Shown here: positions 1 to 9,095 of the stretch, in pieces | Layout: every line of letters begins with the position of its first letter | Numbering within the stretch: the stretch's first letter is position 1 | Source of the DNA: Candidatus Pacearchaeota archaeon | Lineage (GTDB): Archaea > Nanobdellota > Nanobdellia > Pacearchaeales > GW2011-AR1 | Direction of reading: 5' to 3' | Assembly (NCBI GenBank): GCA_017609045.1 | Contig: JAFCES010000001.1 | Span: 1-33,967 of the forward strand | DNA length: 33,967 nt | Program-made: the position numbers and the translations under genes | The notes under the pieces: generated by a model | The model's database searches: none | Seen by the model: only the letters and a program-made list of their open reading frames with translations | What the model was told of the DNA's origin: nothing

Positions 1-1
1 T

Positions 2-397
2 GTTCCAGGAAGATACTTCAATGTTTCTAAGAAAAGAAAAATACATACACTAGGCAAGATTATAGAGATTCCTCCTTCAGTCCTCCCCATCATCAGACTG
101 CCTATTTTCTGGCTGGCCTTCAAAAATTTCCCTTCAGTTTATTCAAAGATTTTCACTAAAATAAATTCTCTTTCATCAGATTACACCTTACTTGTTTTTC
201 ATCCATGGGAATTTTTCAATCTTGAGAATTTGAATCTTCCATGGTATATTAAAAGAAAATCTGGCGAGAAGATGCTAAATACATTAGAAAATTATATTAT
301 TTTCGCTAAGAAAAACAAATACAACTTTTCCACTATTTCTGATTATCTTAAAATGCTATCCCCAACTATCTCCAAAAATCTTTCAAATGCCCTATAA
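2..397 (+). CDS. Partial polysaccharide-deacetylase-like protein, C-terminal part (5' end lies outside the window)
   Basis: Frame 2 is open from nt 2 to TAA at 395-397. It is absent from the ORF track because no start lies in the window. The translation ...DYTLLVFHPWEFFNLENLNLPWYIKRKSGEKMLNTLENYIIFAKKNKYNFSTISDYL resembles the HPWEF-containing C-terminal region I associate with DUF3473/polysaccharide deacetylase proteins. This is memory-based only. It converges on and overlaps the 3' end of the radical SAM gene by about 30 nt. Confidence 0.4.
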   Translation, partial: VPGRYFNVSKKRKIHTLGKIIEIPPSVLPIIRLPIFWLAFKNFPSVYSKIFTKINSLSSDYTLLVFHPWEFFNLENLNLPWYIKRKSGEKMLNTLENYIIFAKKNKYNFSTISDYLKMLSPTISKNLSNAL

Positions 398-1817
398 CAG
401 CCTTCACACCTCTTAAATTAAATTTCAAGTCTTCTATGCTCTTTATATTTCTCAATCTTGCTAATATATATTTTGGTGTTAAAAAAATAGTATAAATTTT
501 GCCACAAATCGCTGCTACTTCTTCTGGCTTATTATCTGTTGTGTTTAAAATAGGCTCTCTCATGTCATATCTTTCATACTCTTTAGGATCAAATAAAAAC
601 CAACCCTTTTTTCTCGCTTCTTTCCATAAAGGTGTTCCTGGATAAGGAATCAAGATTGTTGCCTGTAAAACATCAGCTTTTCCAGATTGCATTAACTTCT
701 TGGCGAGATTAAAAGTTTTTAGAGCATCGTCATAAGTTTCATTTGGCCATCCAACAATCATTGTTAAATGCACAGTTAATCCTGCTCCTTTAGCCCACTC
801 GCAACCCTTAATTATATCCCTGACTTTTATACCTTTATTTGTAAAATCTAAGGTTTTCTGATTTGCAGATTCCAAACCGAACTTTAACAATCTAAAACCA
901 GCTTTTTTCATTAATTTGTAGTCCTCTAATTTTAAAACTCCATATCTCATATTACAACTATATTTAATTTTTTTATTATAGCCCCTTTCAATAAGCCCTT
1001 TACATAAATCCCTTAACCATTCTCCTATTGCTAAGGTTCCAGTATCGTCAAAAATTTCCTTAACATTATACTTCTCTATTAACATTCCAATCTCATCTAA
1101 AACATTTTTTACACTTCTGACTCTGAACCTTGGATACATTCTCGGCCAAGAACAAAACTTACACTTTCCCCACCAACAGTCTCTTCCAGACGCAATGTAA
1201 AAGAAAGGTCTTCCCTGAAGATTATATTCTTTTTGATATAACTTCCATTTACATAAATCCCTGTCAATAAAAGGCAAATCATCTAACTTATGCTTTAATT
1301 GAAATCTGCTTCCCCGAATTTTCCCGTTTTTTCTATACCAGATTCCTTTAGGCACACTTTTCCTTTTCCCAGATAAATAATCAGCCAACTCATCTAATAA
1401 AAAATCATAATCTCCTCCTTGTAAGACATAATCTACGTTTGAATTTTCCAAACTTTCTTTTGGAAAGCTTGTTACGTGATCTCCACAAATTACTATTTTC
1501 ATTTCAGGCAACTTCTTTTTTATTTCATTAATAATTTTCCAGTGTTGTTTTATTACAGGAGTTTTAGTTTCAAAGGCAAACAAATCTGGTTTTTTCCTCT
1601 CTAAAAACCTGAAAAAATCCTTCTCATTAAGATTCTCAACAACACAATCTTTCCACAAAACATCATATCCTTCCTTTTTAAGTAAGGTTGCAGCACTTCC
1701 CAATACAACAGGAAATATATGTGTTGGATTAGAAAACCACTGAAATTGTCTATTTTGACTTAATAAGGCTATACCTTTTTCTGATTCAGTTGGAGGATAT
1801 CCTATGATTATTTTCAT
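366..1817 (-). CDS. B12-binding-domain (class B-like) radical SAM enzyme
   Basis: 483-aa ORF with an ATG start. The N-terminal flavodoxin-like segment (KIVICGDHVTSFP, PDLFAFETKTP) is typical of B12-binding rSAM proteins. The Cys cluster is GRDCWWGKCKFCSW, which has Cx4Cx2C spacing rather than Cx3Cx2C. It lies downstream of the GT2/GT4/aglB genes on the same strand. Confidence 0.75.
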   Translation of the reverse strand: MKIIIGYPPTESEKGIALLSQNRQFQWFSNPTHIFPVVLGSAATLLKKEGYDVLWKDCVVENLNEKDFFRFLERKKPDLFAFETKTPVIKQHWKIINEIKKKLPEMKIVICGDHVTSFPKESLENSNVDYVLQGGDYDFLLDELADYLSGKRKSVPKGIWYRKNGKIRGSRFQLKHKLDDLPFIDRDLCKWKLYQKEYNLQGRPFFYIASGRDCWWGKCKFCSWPRMYPRFRVRSVKNVLDEIGMLIEKYNVKEIFDDTGTLAIGEWLRDLCKGLIERGYNKKIKYSCNMRYGVLKLEDYKLMKKAGFRLLKFGLESANQKTLDFTNKGIKVRDIIKGCEWAKGAGLTVHLTMIVGWPNETYDDALKTFNLAKKLMQSGKADVLQATILIPYPGTPLWKEARKKGWFLFDPKEYERYDMREPILNTTDNKPEEVAAICGKIYTIFLTPKYILARLRNIKSIEDLKFNLRGVKAVIGHLKDFWR

Positions 1818-1829
1818 GTTTTTTATTGA

Positions 1830-2777
1830 TTAAGAAATATTATAAACTTTTCTTCCGCTAATTAATCCATAAATCCACCCTGCACCATAAGAAAAATGAG
1901 TTCCAATTAACATAATAAAATTAGCTAATGTAATTTTCAGACTTTTTCTTATGCTTACTAAGACCATAACTAACAAATAGAAAAGAACAATGTATAATAA
2001 AACTAATCTAACATTATAAAAAAATATTGACAATACTAAGCAAAAAATAAATACTAATAATCCTATAGAGTTTAAGGAATAATATAATTTATCAAAAGAA
2101 AAATCTTCTTTTGTTAACCGAGCTATATCCCGAGCATAAATAAATACTTGTTTTAAATGTCCCTTTAATGTATCCCTGCGATGATGATAAACTATAACCT
2201 CTCCAGCATATAAGATTTTGTATCCTTTTTTCAAGCAGTCAAAACAAAACTTGCTATCTTCTGCAGTTAAATAAGAAGGGTCATAATCCTCGCTTGCCTC
2301 TTTCCTAGATATATAGTTACAAGAAGGCAATTCTTTTACAAACCTGTTTCTTGCTATTTTGTATCTTATATTAGCAAATAAAGTAGCAAAAAAATTCTCT
2401 AATACATGGCCAGAAACTCTTTCCCAAAAACTTGAATTTGGAGGGGTTAAATTAGGCCCTCCCACTATACCTATTTTTTCATCTTCAAAATACTTCAAAG
2501 CATTTTTCAACCAGTCTTTACGGGGATAAGCGTCAGAATCAATAAAAGCATAAAAATCTGCTTTACTTTTTTTCATACCAAGATTTCTTTTCACTGCCGG
2601 CTTTCCTTTCATTGAAATTACTTTAACTTTTTCCCCCCATTTATTTATAGCTTTATGATCTGGCAAAACAATAATTTCAAAATTATCATAATCTAATTTT
2701 AAACATTCTTTAATACTTTTTTCTGTTTTTTCATCTATTCTCTTACAAGGGATAATAATTGAAACTTTCTTCATCAT
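1830..2777 (-). CDS. Family 2 glycosyltransferase (GT-A fold) with C-terminal transmembrane segments
   Basis: The N-terminus VSIIIPCKR...DYDNFEIIVLPD and the DxD motif FIDSDAYP are typical of GT2. The hydrophobic C-terminal third suggests membrane anchoring. Its ATG overlaps the stop of the upstream GT4 gene (2774-2777). Confidence 0.85.
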   Translation of the reverse strand: MMKKVSIIIPCKRIDEKTEKSIKECLKLDYDNFEIIVLPDHKAINKWGEKVKVISMKGKPAVKRNLGMKKSKADFYAFIDSDAYPRKDWLKNALKYFEDEKIGIVGGPNLTPPNSSFWERVSGHVLENFFATLFANIRYKIARNRFVKELPSCNYISRKEASEDYDPSYLTAEDSKFCFDCLKKGYKILYAGEVIVYHHRRDTLKGHLKQVFIYARDIARLTKEDFSFDKLYYSLNSIGLLVFIFCLVLSIFFYNVRLVLLYIVLFYLLVMVLVSIRKSLKITLANFIMLIGTHFSYGAGWIYGLISGRKVYNIS

Positions 2778-3778
2778 ACCTTAAAAATTGTAAATATTAA
2801 AAAACCAAAGAAAATAACTAAAAGTTGAAATAACCATATTAACAATACAACATCTTTTTCATAAGCTTTTCCTTTTATTTTTTTCAAGAAAAAAATCGCA
2901 ATATGGTTCAAACTATAAATTTTTTTATAAGCAGGCTCTAAACTTCCATCTCTGTTCGGTTTTCCGAATGATTGTTTTTTTAATCTACCCCTTATTTTCA
3001 AAAAAGTCTCGATAATACAAGGCAAGAAAAAGAAAATAGCAATTTTCTCAAAATTTCCTAATATAGCCATTATAGCGATTAAACCTCCAATAGGATAAGT
3101 CAAAACATCTCCTGGAAAAACTTTGGCTGGAAACTTATTGTAAACTAAAAATGCAAATAAAGCAGAAACCATGCATAAGCCAATTAGGGAAAGCCAACTT
3201 GAGCCAGTCAAATACGCAACCAAACTCAATGCCCCAACCAACAAAATTCCTTCTCCTGCTTCCAGACCATTAAAGCCGGCAAGAAAATTGAATGTTGTTG
3301 CAGCCCCGCTAACCCCTATTGGAATTAAAACAAGAGCATAAAAAATTCCCAAGCTAATTTTACCAATTAAAGGCAAACTAATTTCTGGATAACCAACATT
3401 AATAACAACTAAAGGAATTGAGGCAAACACACACATAATCAACCTAAACTTTTTACTTAAACCACCACTCCACCATCCCAACAAATCATCTGTTAATCCT
3501 ACTCCCGCGAGAATTAGTACCGAGGTAGTTAGAGCAAAAATTTCGATAATATTTGATTGGGTTTCAAAATAAAAAGTTTTTAAAAATATGTAGGATAAAA
3601 CACCAAGAATAAATCCTAAAATAACTATTAAGCCTCCAGAACCAGCAACTTTCGTTTTTCTATACTTATTTAAATCTTCCCACGATAAACCTATTCTTCT
3701 TGCTTTTTTAATCCATTCTGGAAGAATAAAAAAAACTATAAAAAAACTTAAAATTATTGGAATTATTAATATAATCAT
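2774..3778 (-). CDS. GT4 polyprenyl-phosphate hexosamine-1-phosphate transferase (MraY/WecA/AglH-like)
   Basis: 334-aa polytopic membrane ORF. Motifs GLTDDLLGWW and VFPGDVLTYPIGG match the MraY/WecA/AglH-type phosphosugar transferase pattern. It sits adjacent to aglB. Confidence 0.8.
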   Translation of the reverse strand: MIILIIPIILSFFIVFFILPEWIKKARRIGLSWEDLNKYRKTKVAGSGGLIVILGFILGVLSYIFLKTFYFETQSNIIEIFALTTSVLILAGVGLTDDLLGWWSGGLSKKFRLIMCVFASIPLVVINVGYPEISLPLIGKISLGIFYALVLIPIGVSGAATTFNFLAGFNGLEAGEGILLVGALSLVAYLTGSSWLSLIGLCMVSALFAFLVYNKFPAKVFPGDVLTYPIGGLIAIMAILGNFEKIAIFFFLPCIIETFLKIRGRLKKQSFGKPNRDGSLEPAYKKIYSLNHIAIFFLKKIKGKAYEKDVVLLIWLFQLLVIFFGFLIFTIFKV

Positions 3779-3901
3779 CTTACCCGGATTTCTGTTCAGA
3801 TTTATTTAAGAAAATAAATTCTTGTTTATGTTTTTTAATTTTTTCATTCTCAATTTTTTGCAATTGTTTTAACATTTTCCCAAGTTTTAATTAAATTCTC
3901 A

Positions 3902-3926
3902 AAAGACATTCTTAGAAAATGTCTTT
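3902..3926 (-). terminator. Stop-codon-enclosing hairpin at the 3' end of aglB (possible terminator or attenuator)
   Basis: Perfect 9-bp inverted repeat aaagacatt / aatgtcttt with a 7-nt loop. The loop contains the aglB TAA (3912-3914). On the mRNA strand the hairpin is followed by a moderately T-rich tract. Confidence 0.3.
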
Positions 3927-6635
3927 AGCCATCCTTACACTTTCAGGATATTTTCTACTTAAATATTCTTCTCTTCTCTCGATGTCTTCTGGATAATTAA
4001 TCTGCCAAATTTTTATTGGCCCTCTTATTCCACCAAAATAAACAAAATCCCCAAAAATTGCATTCTGTTTTTTTAAATCTTCAATAATCACATCATCTTC
4101 TTTATGTGCAAGCTTAAAATTTTTCCCCTCACCGAATAAATAAAGCTTAACCCACAAAGCATTCATAGACTTTTCAGTTACAAAAAGTGCTCTTTTTTCG
4201 TTTCTTATAAAAGCTCCTCCACTCGTTTGAACAAGTTCAGGAAGAAGATACAAACAGCCTCCATAACCTTCTTCAAATTCATATTTCTTTCTCCCCTCAT
4301 ATGCACATTTTAAGGGAATTCTATATTGTCTCCCATCATAAATAAAAATAACATCTGGCTGTTTAAATGTATCATTTTCTTTCGGCAAAACTACTGCAAC
4401 GATACTTGTTTTAAAAGCTGGAAAGAATTCTCTCTTACCATTAGATTCCCAAAGAAAGTCCTTGTCTAAAAAAGTTCCTCCAACATAATAATGAATTGTT
4501 CCATTTTTTGTTTCTCTCATGTTTTTTTCATCTTCACTCATAACAATCATCTGGCTGTATCTATCATAATTTTCATCAGAACCAATAGAAGAATAAGCAG
4601 GATACTTTCCTATTTCTGTTGAGTCTATTAAAAGGTGTGTGGCATTATGAGTATATAAAAACTCTAAAGCCTCTCTCTCATTCTGACCAGTCAAAACATG
4701 CCTTCCTAACAAATGATTCCAATAACTTATTGAATTTCCTCCATCAAGAATTGTAGCTCTGTTACCTATGCTTTGTACCCAATAACCATAATCCCACCAA
4801 TGGGCGAAAACTGTCCCCCCTTCAAACTCCTCATTTTCAATTATAGTTGGCTGAGTGTTTTCTCTTACCCAAGACATCGCTTCCTGCCATTGCTGTGTAT
4901 AAGAAGAAGGAACCATTCCTAAAGCACTTGTTTTTGTAGCTTCATAATTATAATATGCGGTGAATAAAATCACACCCCACACAATTACTGAAATTAAAGT
5001 TAAAATCCCTTTGTAATCTTTCTTCGCATTTTTAATTTTTTTAATCAAAGTTATGCCAAAATAACTTATAATTGCACAAGAAGGAACAGACAAAACCATA
5101 ATCAATCTTATGGCACTTCTTGCCCCAATTATACTGACCAGAAAAAAACTTAAAATAAACAAGTATGGAAAATTCAAATTTTCTAATCTTACAAGTTCTT
5201 TTTGTTTATAATAAAAATAGTAGATATAGATTCCAGAAATTAGTAATAGAAAAAAACTTCCTAAATATAAAAATCTACTAACAAAATTTTCTCCATTTAA
5301 TGTGCTTTTTGAAGAATACCTGCTAAAAATTAAAGCAAATAAGAAGATAGTGAAGATTAAAGTAAAAATTAATCTTCTTTTTTTATCTGCATTTTTAACA
5401 GCATCATAAAACAAGAAAATAGAGCCAAGAAAAAAAAGCCAGAAAAACAAAGGGAAACCTTTTATTGCCGGACCAAAACTTCCCTTCCAGTCACTAAAGT
5501 AAGGTTGTCTATTCTCTGCTACTGTAAATGAAAGCCTGTCGTAATATGGCTGTTTTAAATGTAAGTATATTTCTTTTATAAAGTCTGGAAAAAAATTCAT
5601 TCCAAATGAAAAAGAAAAAACAGCAAAACCAATTACAAGGGTAAATAAAATAGATAAAATTCTCTCAGGAACTTTTTCTCTCAAATCTCTAACAAGCTTA
5701 AAGTTTTTTATTTTTGTATTAAAAATAAAAAAATCAACTAATAAAAAAGAAAAAACAACAGCACTTAAACCTGTTGAAGAAGATTGTACTAATGAAGATA
5801 AAGAGTATCTTTCTGAAAATAAAAGCACAATAATAAAAGAAGAAAAAAGCCATATTGAATAAGAAAAGAATTTTGTTCTATCAAATTTGTTGCATATAAA
5901 AGCTATAAAAGAAAAAATAGCAACTGTAGTAAAAATATAAATCCAGCCTCCCCAAATCAAACCCATTAAAGCGGTAGAAATGCCAGCTAAAAGAGCAAGG
6001 AGAAGGGCTTTTTTATTTTTTTCTTGCCAAGACCATATAAAAAAATAAAAAGCAAGAAACATAAACAAAAATCCAACAGATTCTTTTTCAGGTATTCCTG
6101 CAACTGTCCTCGATACTAATGAAGGGGAAATTATTAAGAGCAATGTGGAAAGCAAAGCTATCCAGTTTTTGTATCTGCTCTTTTCAAACACTTTACCTAT
6201 AAACAGAAAAAAAGCCATTGCAGTTAATAAAAACATAAAAGCAGGAAAAATAACAGCAGAATAATTTACAGATGTTTTTTTAAAAATGTTTAGGAAGTAA
6301 TGAAAATAAGCAATCATATAAGGCAATAATCTTGTTTCCTTTGCTGTATTATATCCCAGAGGAACATACCTCATAGTATCATGGGACATCAAACTTCCAT
6401 TTTCAACAATATATTTTGCATATCTCAAAAATAAAAAAGGGTCTAAATCTGGTCCTAAAGTGTAATCCCCGGTTGTAATATCTTTAAGGTTGGGGACATT
6501 AACTGTTCTGACATGCCAGCTCATAATAAGAAGGACCACTAAACCAGCAATAATGAGCAAGGATTTTTTATTTAAAAAAAGATTAATTATCCTCTTTTTT
6601 CTTTCTTCTATCTCTTTTTCTATTTCTTCTTCCAT
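3912..6635 (-). CDS. aglB: Archaeal oligosaccharyltransferase AglB (STT3 family)
   Basis: 907-aa ORF with an ATG start. It has about 13 N-terminal TM helices followed by a soluble C-terminal domain. The hallmark is FAHWWDYGYWVQ (WWDYG motif). The first-loop acidic motif is GPDLDPFLFLRY. Confidence 0.95.
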   Translation of the reverse strand: MEEEIEKEIEERKKRIINLFLNKKSLLIIAGLVVLLIMSWHVRTVNVPNLKDITTGDYTLGPDLDPFLFLRYAKYIVENGSLMSHDTMRYVPLGYNTAKETRLLPYMIAYFHYFLNIFKKTSVNYSAVIFPAFMFLLTAMAFFLFIGKVFEKSRYKNWIALLSTLLLIISPSLVSRTVAGIPEKESVGFLFMFLAFYFFIWSWQEKNKKALLLALLAGISTALMGLIWGGWIYIFTTVAIFSFIAFICNKFDRTKFFSYSIWLFSSFIIVLLFSERYSLSSLVQSSSTGLSAVVFSFLLVDFFIFNTKIKNFKLVRDLREKVPERILSILFTLVIGFAVFSFSFGMNFFPDFIKEIYLHLKQPYYDRLSFTVAENRQPYFSDWKGSFGPAIKGFPLFFWLFFLGSIFLFYDAVKNADKKRRLIFTLIFTIFLFALIFSRYSSKSTLNGENFVSRFLYLGSFFLLLISGIYIYYFYYKQKELVRLENLNFPYLFILSFFLVSIIGARSAIRLIMVLSVPSCAIISYFGITLIKKIKNAKKDYKGILTLISVIVWGVILFTAYYNYEATKTSALGMVPSSYTQQWQEAMSWVRENTQPTIIENEEFEGGTVFAHWWDYGYWVQSIGNRATILDGGNSISYWNHLLGRHVLTGQNEREALEFLYTHNATHLLIDSTEIGKYPAYSSIGSDENYDRYSQMIVMSEDEKNMRETKNGTIHYYVGGTFLDKDFLWESNGKREFFPAFKTSIVAVVLPKENDTFKQPDVIFIYDGRQYRIPLKCAYEGRKKYEFEEGYGGCLYLLPELVQTSGGAFIRNEKRALFVTEKSMNALWVKLYLFGEGKNFKLAHKEDDVIIEDLKKQNAIFGDFVYFGGIRGPIKIWQINYPEDIERREEYLSRKYPESVRMAKDIF

Positions 6636-6651
6636 TATTCTCTTTAAAAAT

Positions 6652-6789
6652 TTATTTGATTTTTACATCCTCAACCAGCTCTTCAGCTGGCTTCTCTTTT
6701 TCTACACTTTCACTGGCGCAATAGGGACATCTTTTCCCTTCTTCAGATTCAAATCTATATCCACAATCCATACAAACAAAACTTGCCAT
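6652..6789 (-). CDS. Small zinc-ribbon protein (CxxC...CxxC, FmdB-like), 45 aa, not in the ORF track
   Basis: Hand translation gives MASFVCMDCGYRFESEEGKRCPYCASESVEKEKPAEELVEDVKIK followed by a stop. The ATG is at 6787-6789 and the TAA at 6652-6654. A GGAGG at 6799-6803 lies 9 nt upstream of the ATG. The ORF ends 16 nt before the aglB ATG on the same strand. Confidence 0.6.
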   Translation of the reverse strand: MASFVCMDCGYRFESEEGKRCPYCASESVEKEKPAEELVEDVKIK

Positions 6790-6950
6790 TTCAAAAACCT
6801 CCTAAAATCAGTAAAAAAAAGTATTATTTAAATTTATCTTGAGGTGGTAATGCTAAACAAGTGGGGAAGAAAACTCCCTTTATTCATTAATCATTGTAAA
6901 ATTGCTTGATTTTCAATCTATCATTTTTAAGTTAACAGAACCTCTGAGAG

Positions 6951-7808
6951 TCAAAACAACATAGGAGTAATAAAAACCTCTATCAAAGCAGCAAGGAACA
7001 GAATTATCACTGCTATTATTATTAAGTTTAAAGAATCTTGTAAGATACCCCAGAATTTTTCACTTTTTGTATCATGTTTTATTATAGCAACAGAGACTAT
7101 GCCTCCTGCTAAAGCGCCTATAAAATAAGCTGCTATTTCAGGAAAACCATGTATCATATATCTCATTATGCCTAAAGGCAAGCTTGCTATATTGGATTTA
7201 GAAAAAATCCCTACAGCAGCAGCTATAACACTGGCATTCCAAGCTAATACGAATATAGCCCCAGCCCCAAAAATTAGTGAGAATACAAGTGTGAATATAA
7301 GCACATAAATATTATTTGTAAAAATCATGAATATTCTTTCTTTAGCAGTTAGAAAACCAGTTGGTTTTGCTGCTGATTCAACCCCATATTGGCTTACACA
7401 CTCTTCAAAGTTAGAGGGTCTATTAATCAGACAGTATGTTTCAATCTGCGCTCTGAAACTCTGACTGGAAGCCAGGAGGATATACCAAAATGAAAAAGCC
7501 ACAATAAAACCAAAAAAAAGCCACATCAAAGCCATTATAGCTTTGCTGTGTTCTTTTAAAATTCTGATCATTCCTTCATACTCTATATCTTTTTCTTCCT
7601 CATCTTTAATAAGATAATACATGAATGGAAGAGAAAACATAACAGTAAAAGTCACCACAAGTACCCCAGAGTACTTGGCAAGAACAGCATCAGAGGAAAA
7701 AATCCAATTAACCAGAAGAAGTGAAAGAGAAGCATAAACTACTCCTATAAAAAACATCATCCACGGCTCTTTCCCTCCTCTTTTTGGACTCAAAAGCATT
7801 TCTAACAT
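6951..7808 (-). CDS. SpoIIM-like (DUF95) integral membrane protein
   Basis: Polytopic membrane ORF. The motif MIHGFPEIAAYFIGALAGG is typical of the stage II sporulation protein M/DUF95 family. The track start at 7814 is TTG, so I prefer the in-frame ATG at 7806-7808. Confidence 0.6.
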   Translation of the reverse strand: MLEMLLSPKRGGKEPWMMFFIGVVYASLSLLLVNWIFSSDAVLAKYSGVLVVTFTVMFSLPFMYYLIKDEEEKDIEYEGMIRILKEHSKAIMALMWLFFGFIVAFSFWYILLASSQSFRAQIETYCLINRPSNFEECVSQYGVESAAKPTGFLTAKERIFMIFTNNIYVLIFTLVFSLIFGAGAIFVLAWNASVIAAAVGIFSKSNIASLPLGIMRYMIHGFPEIAAYFIGALAGGIVSVAIIKHDTKSEKFWGILQDSLNLIIIAVIILFLAALIEVFITPMLF

Positions 7809-7877
7809 AAACAAAAAAAGAAAAGATGATATTTAAATCTTAGCAAGTTTTTTATATTCTCCTTTTTTCTCATTAGT

Positions 7878-8687
7878 ATGAAAAAAGATTTAAGAATAAA
7901 TAAGATAATTCAGGATATTAAAGATATAAAAATACAGGGAGCAAGAAACGTCGCAAAAGCTGCTCTTCATGCCTACTCTTTAAGCTCTACAAAATCAACT
8001 AAAAACAAGCTAATCAAAGCCAGACCAACAGAACCTCTTCTTGTCAATACTTTAAAAAGATTTGAGAAACTCGGAAAAAAGAAAACTCTTCAACATTTTG
8101 ACAAAGCTCAGGAAAAAATTAACAAATTCGCACTAAAACTAATCAAACCAAATTCAGTTATATTTACACACTGCCATTCTACCAATGTTGTTAATGCTTT
8201 AATATATGCTAAGAAAAAGGGCAAAAAATTTGAAGTCTACAATACAGAAACTCGCCCCCTCTACCAGGGAAGAAAAACAGCCAGAGAGTTAAGAAAAGCT
8301 GGCATAAAAGTTACAACTTTTGTTGACGCTGCTGCAAGAGTAGTTTTAACAAAGAGTCAAGGTACAAAATCTGTAGATATTGTATTCCTCGGAGCAGATG
8401 CCATACTTAAAGAGGGTGTAATAAATAAAATTGGTTCAGGGATGTTTTCTGAAATAGCTTATCATGAAAAGATTCCAGTTTATATTCTCGCAGATTCTTG
8501 GAAATACACTAAAGAGGTTAAATTAGAAGAAAGAAATTTCAAAGAAGTATGGAAAAGAGCTCCTAAGTATGTCAAAGTAAAGAATCTTGCTTTTGAAAAA
8601 GTTCCAAAAAAGTTTATTAAGGCTATAGTTTCTGAATTTGGAATACTAACCTTGGATAAATTTATAAAAAAAGCCAGGGAATTTTAA
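7878..8687 (+). CDS. eIF-2B alpha/beta/delta family protein; candidate ribose-1,5-bisphosphate isomerase (E2b2)
   Basis: The family pattern is QGARNVAKAA...FLGADAILKEGVINKIGS. It retains the Cys (IFTHCHST) and Asp (GADAI) that are catalytic in the isomerase members (MtnA / R15P isomerase). At 269 aa it is shorter than the R15P isomerases I recall (about 320 aa). Confidence 0.6.
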   Translation: MKKDLRINKIIQDIKDIKIQGARNVAKAALHAYSLSSTKSTKNKLIKARPTEPLLVNTLKRFEKLGKKKTLQHFDKAQEKINKFALKLIKPNSVIFTHCHSTNVVNALIYAKKKGKKFEVYNTETRPLYQGRKTARELRKAGIKVTTFVDAAARVVLTKSQGTKSVDIVFLGADAILKEGVINKIGSGMFSEIAYHEKIPVYILADSWKYTKEVKLEERNFKEVWKRAPKYVKVKNLAFEKVPKKFIKAIVSEFGILTLDKFIKKAREF

Positions 8688-9076
8688 CTCCTTTTTTCTC
8701 TCCCCGCTTCTACTACCAAACTCTCAAGCTGTATCCTTATATCTTCTATATTTTTCATCAAACTCTTTTTCAACTCTTCTAACTGCTTTATCTGTCTCTG
8801 AACTATTTCAGTAGTCTCTTTTGGTTTCTTTTTTACCACTACATTGGCTCCGATATTTACAAATAATTCTTTTTCTTTTATTTCTGCTTTGAAAAATATA
8901 CCCTTACCAAAAGGAGCAAGAATCTCTTTTTCTTTAGTTTTATCTAGTTTTTCCAAACTTAATTTCAAAACTTCAAGTTCAGCTATCTGTTGATTAATCA
9001 AGCCAATCTGCTCCTCTATCTTATTAGATTCCTGTTCAAGCAAACTTAATCTGATAAGATAATCTTCCCTTGCCAT
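8684..9076 (-). CDS. pfdA: Prefoldin alpha subunit
   Basis: 130 aa. N- and C-terminal coiled coils flank a beta-hairpin core, ILAPFGKGIFFKAEIKEKELFVNIGANVVVKK, which matches the alpha-type prefoldin pattern. Confidence 0.7.
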   Translation of the reverse strand: MAREDYLIRLSLLEQESNKIEEQIGLINQQIAELEVLKLSLEKLDKTKEKEILAPFGKGIFFKAEIKEKELFVNIGANVVVKKKPKETTEIVQRQIKQLEELKKSLMKNIEDIRIQLESLVVEAGREKRS

Positions 9077-9095
9077 TTTTCCTTTTCCTTTTTAT

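Noticed and set aside
6490-6831. A 113-aa plus-strand ORF spanning the aglB start region.
   Set aside because: It overlaps the aglB N-terminus and is antisense to the small zinc-ribbon ORF, which has a proper SD and ATG. Its low-complexity F/S/I-rich translation is not credible.
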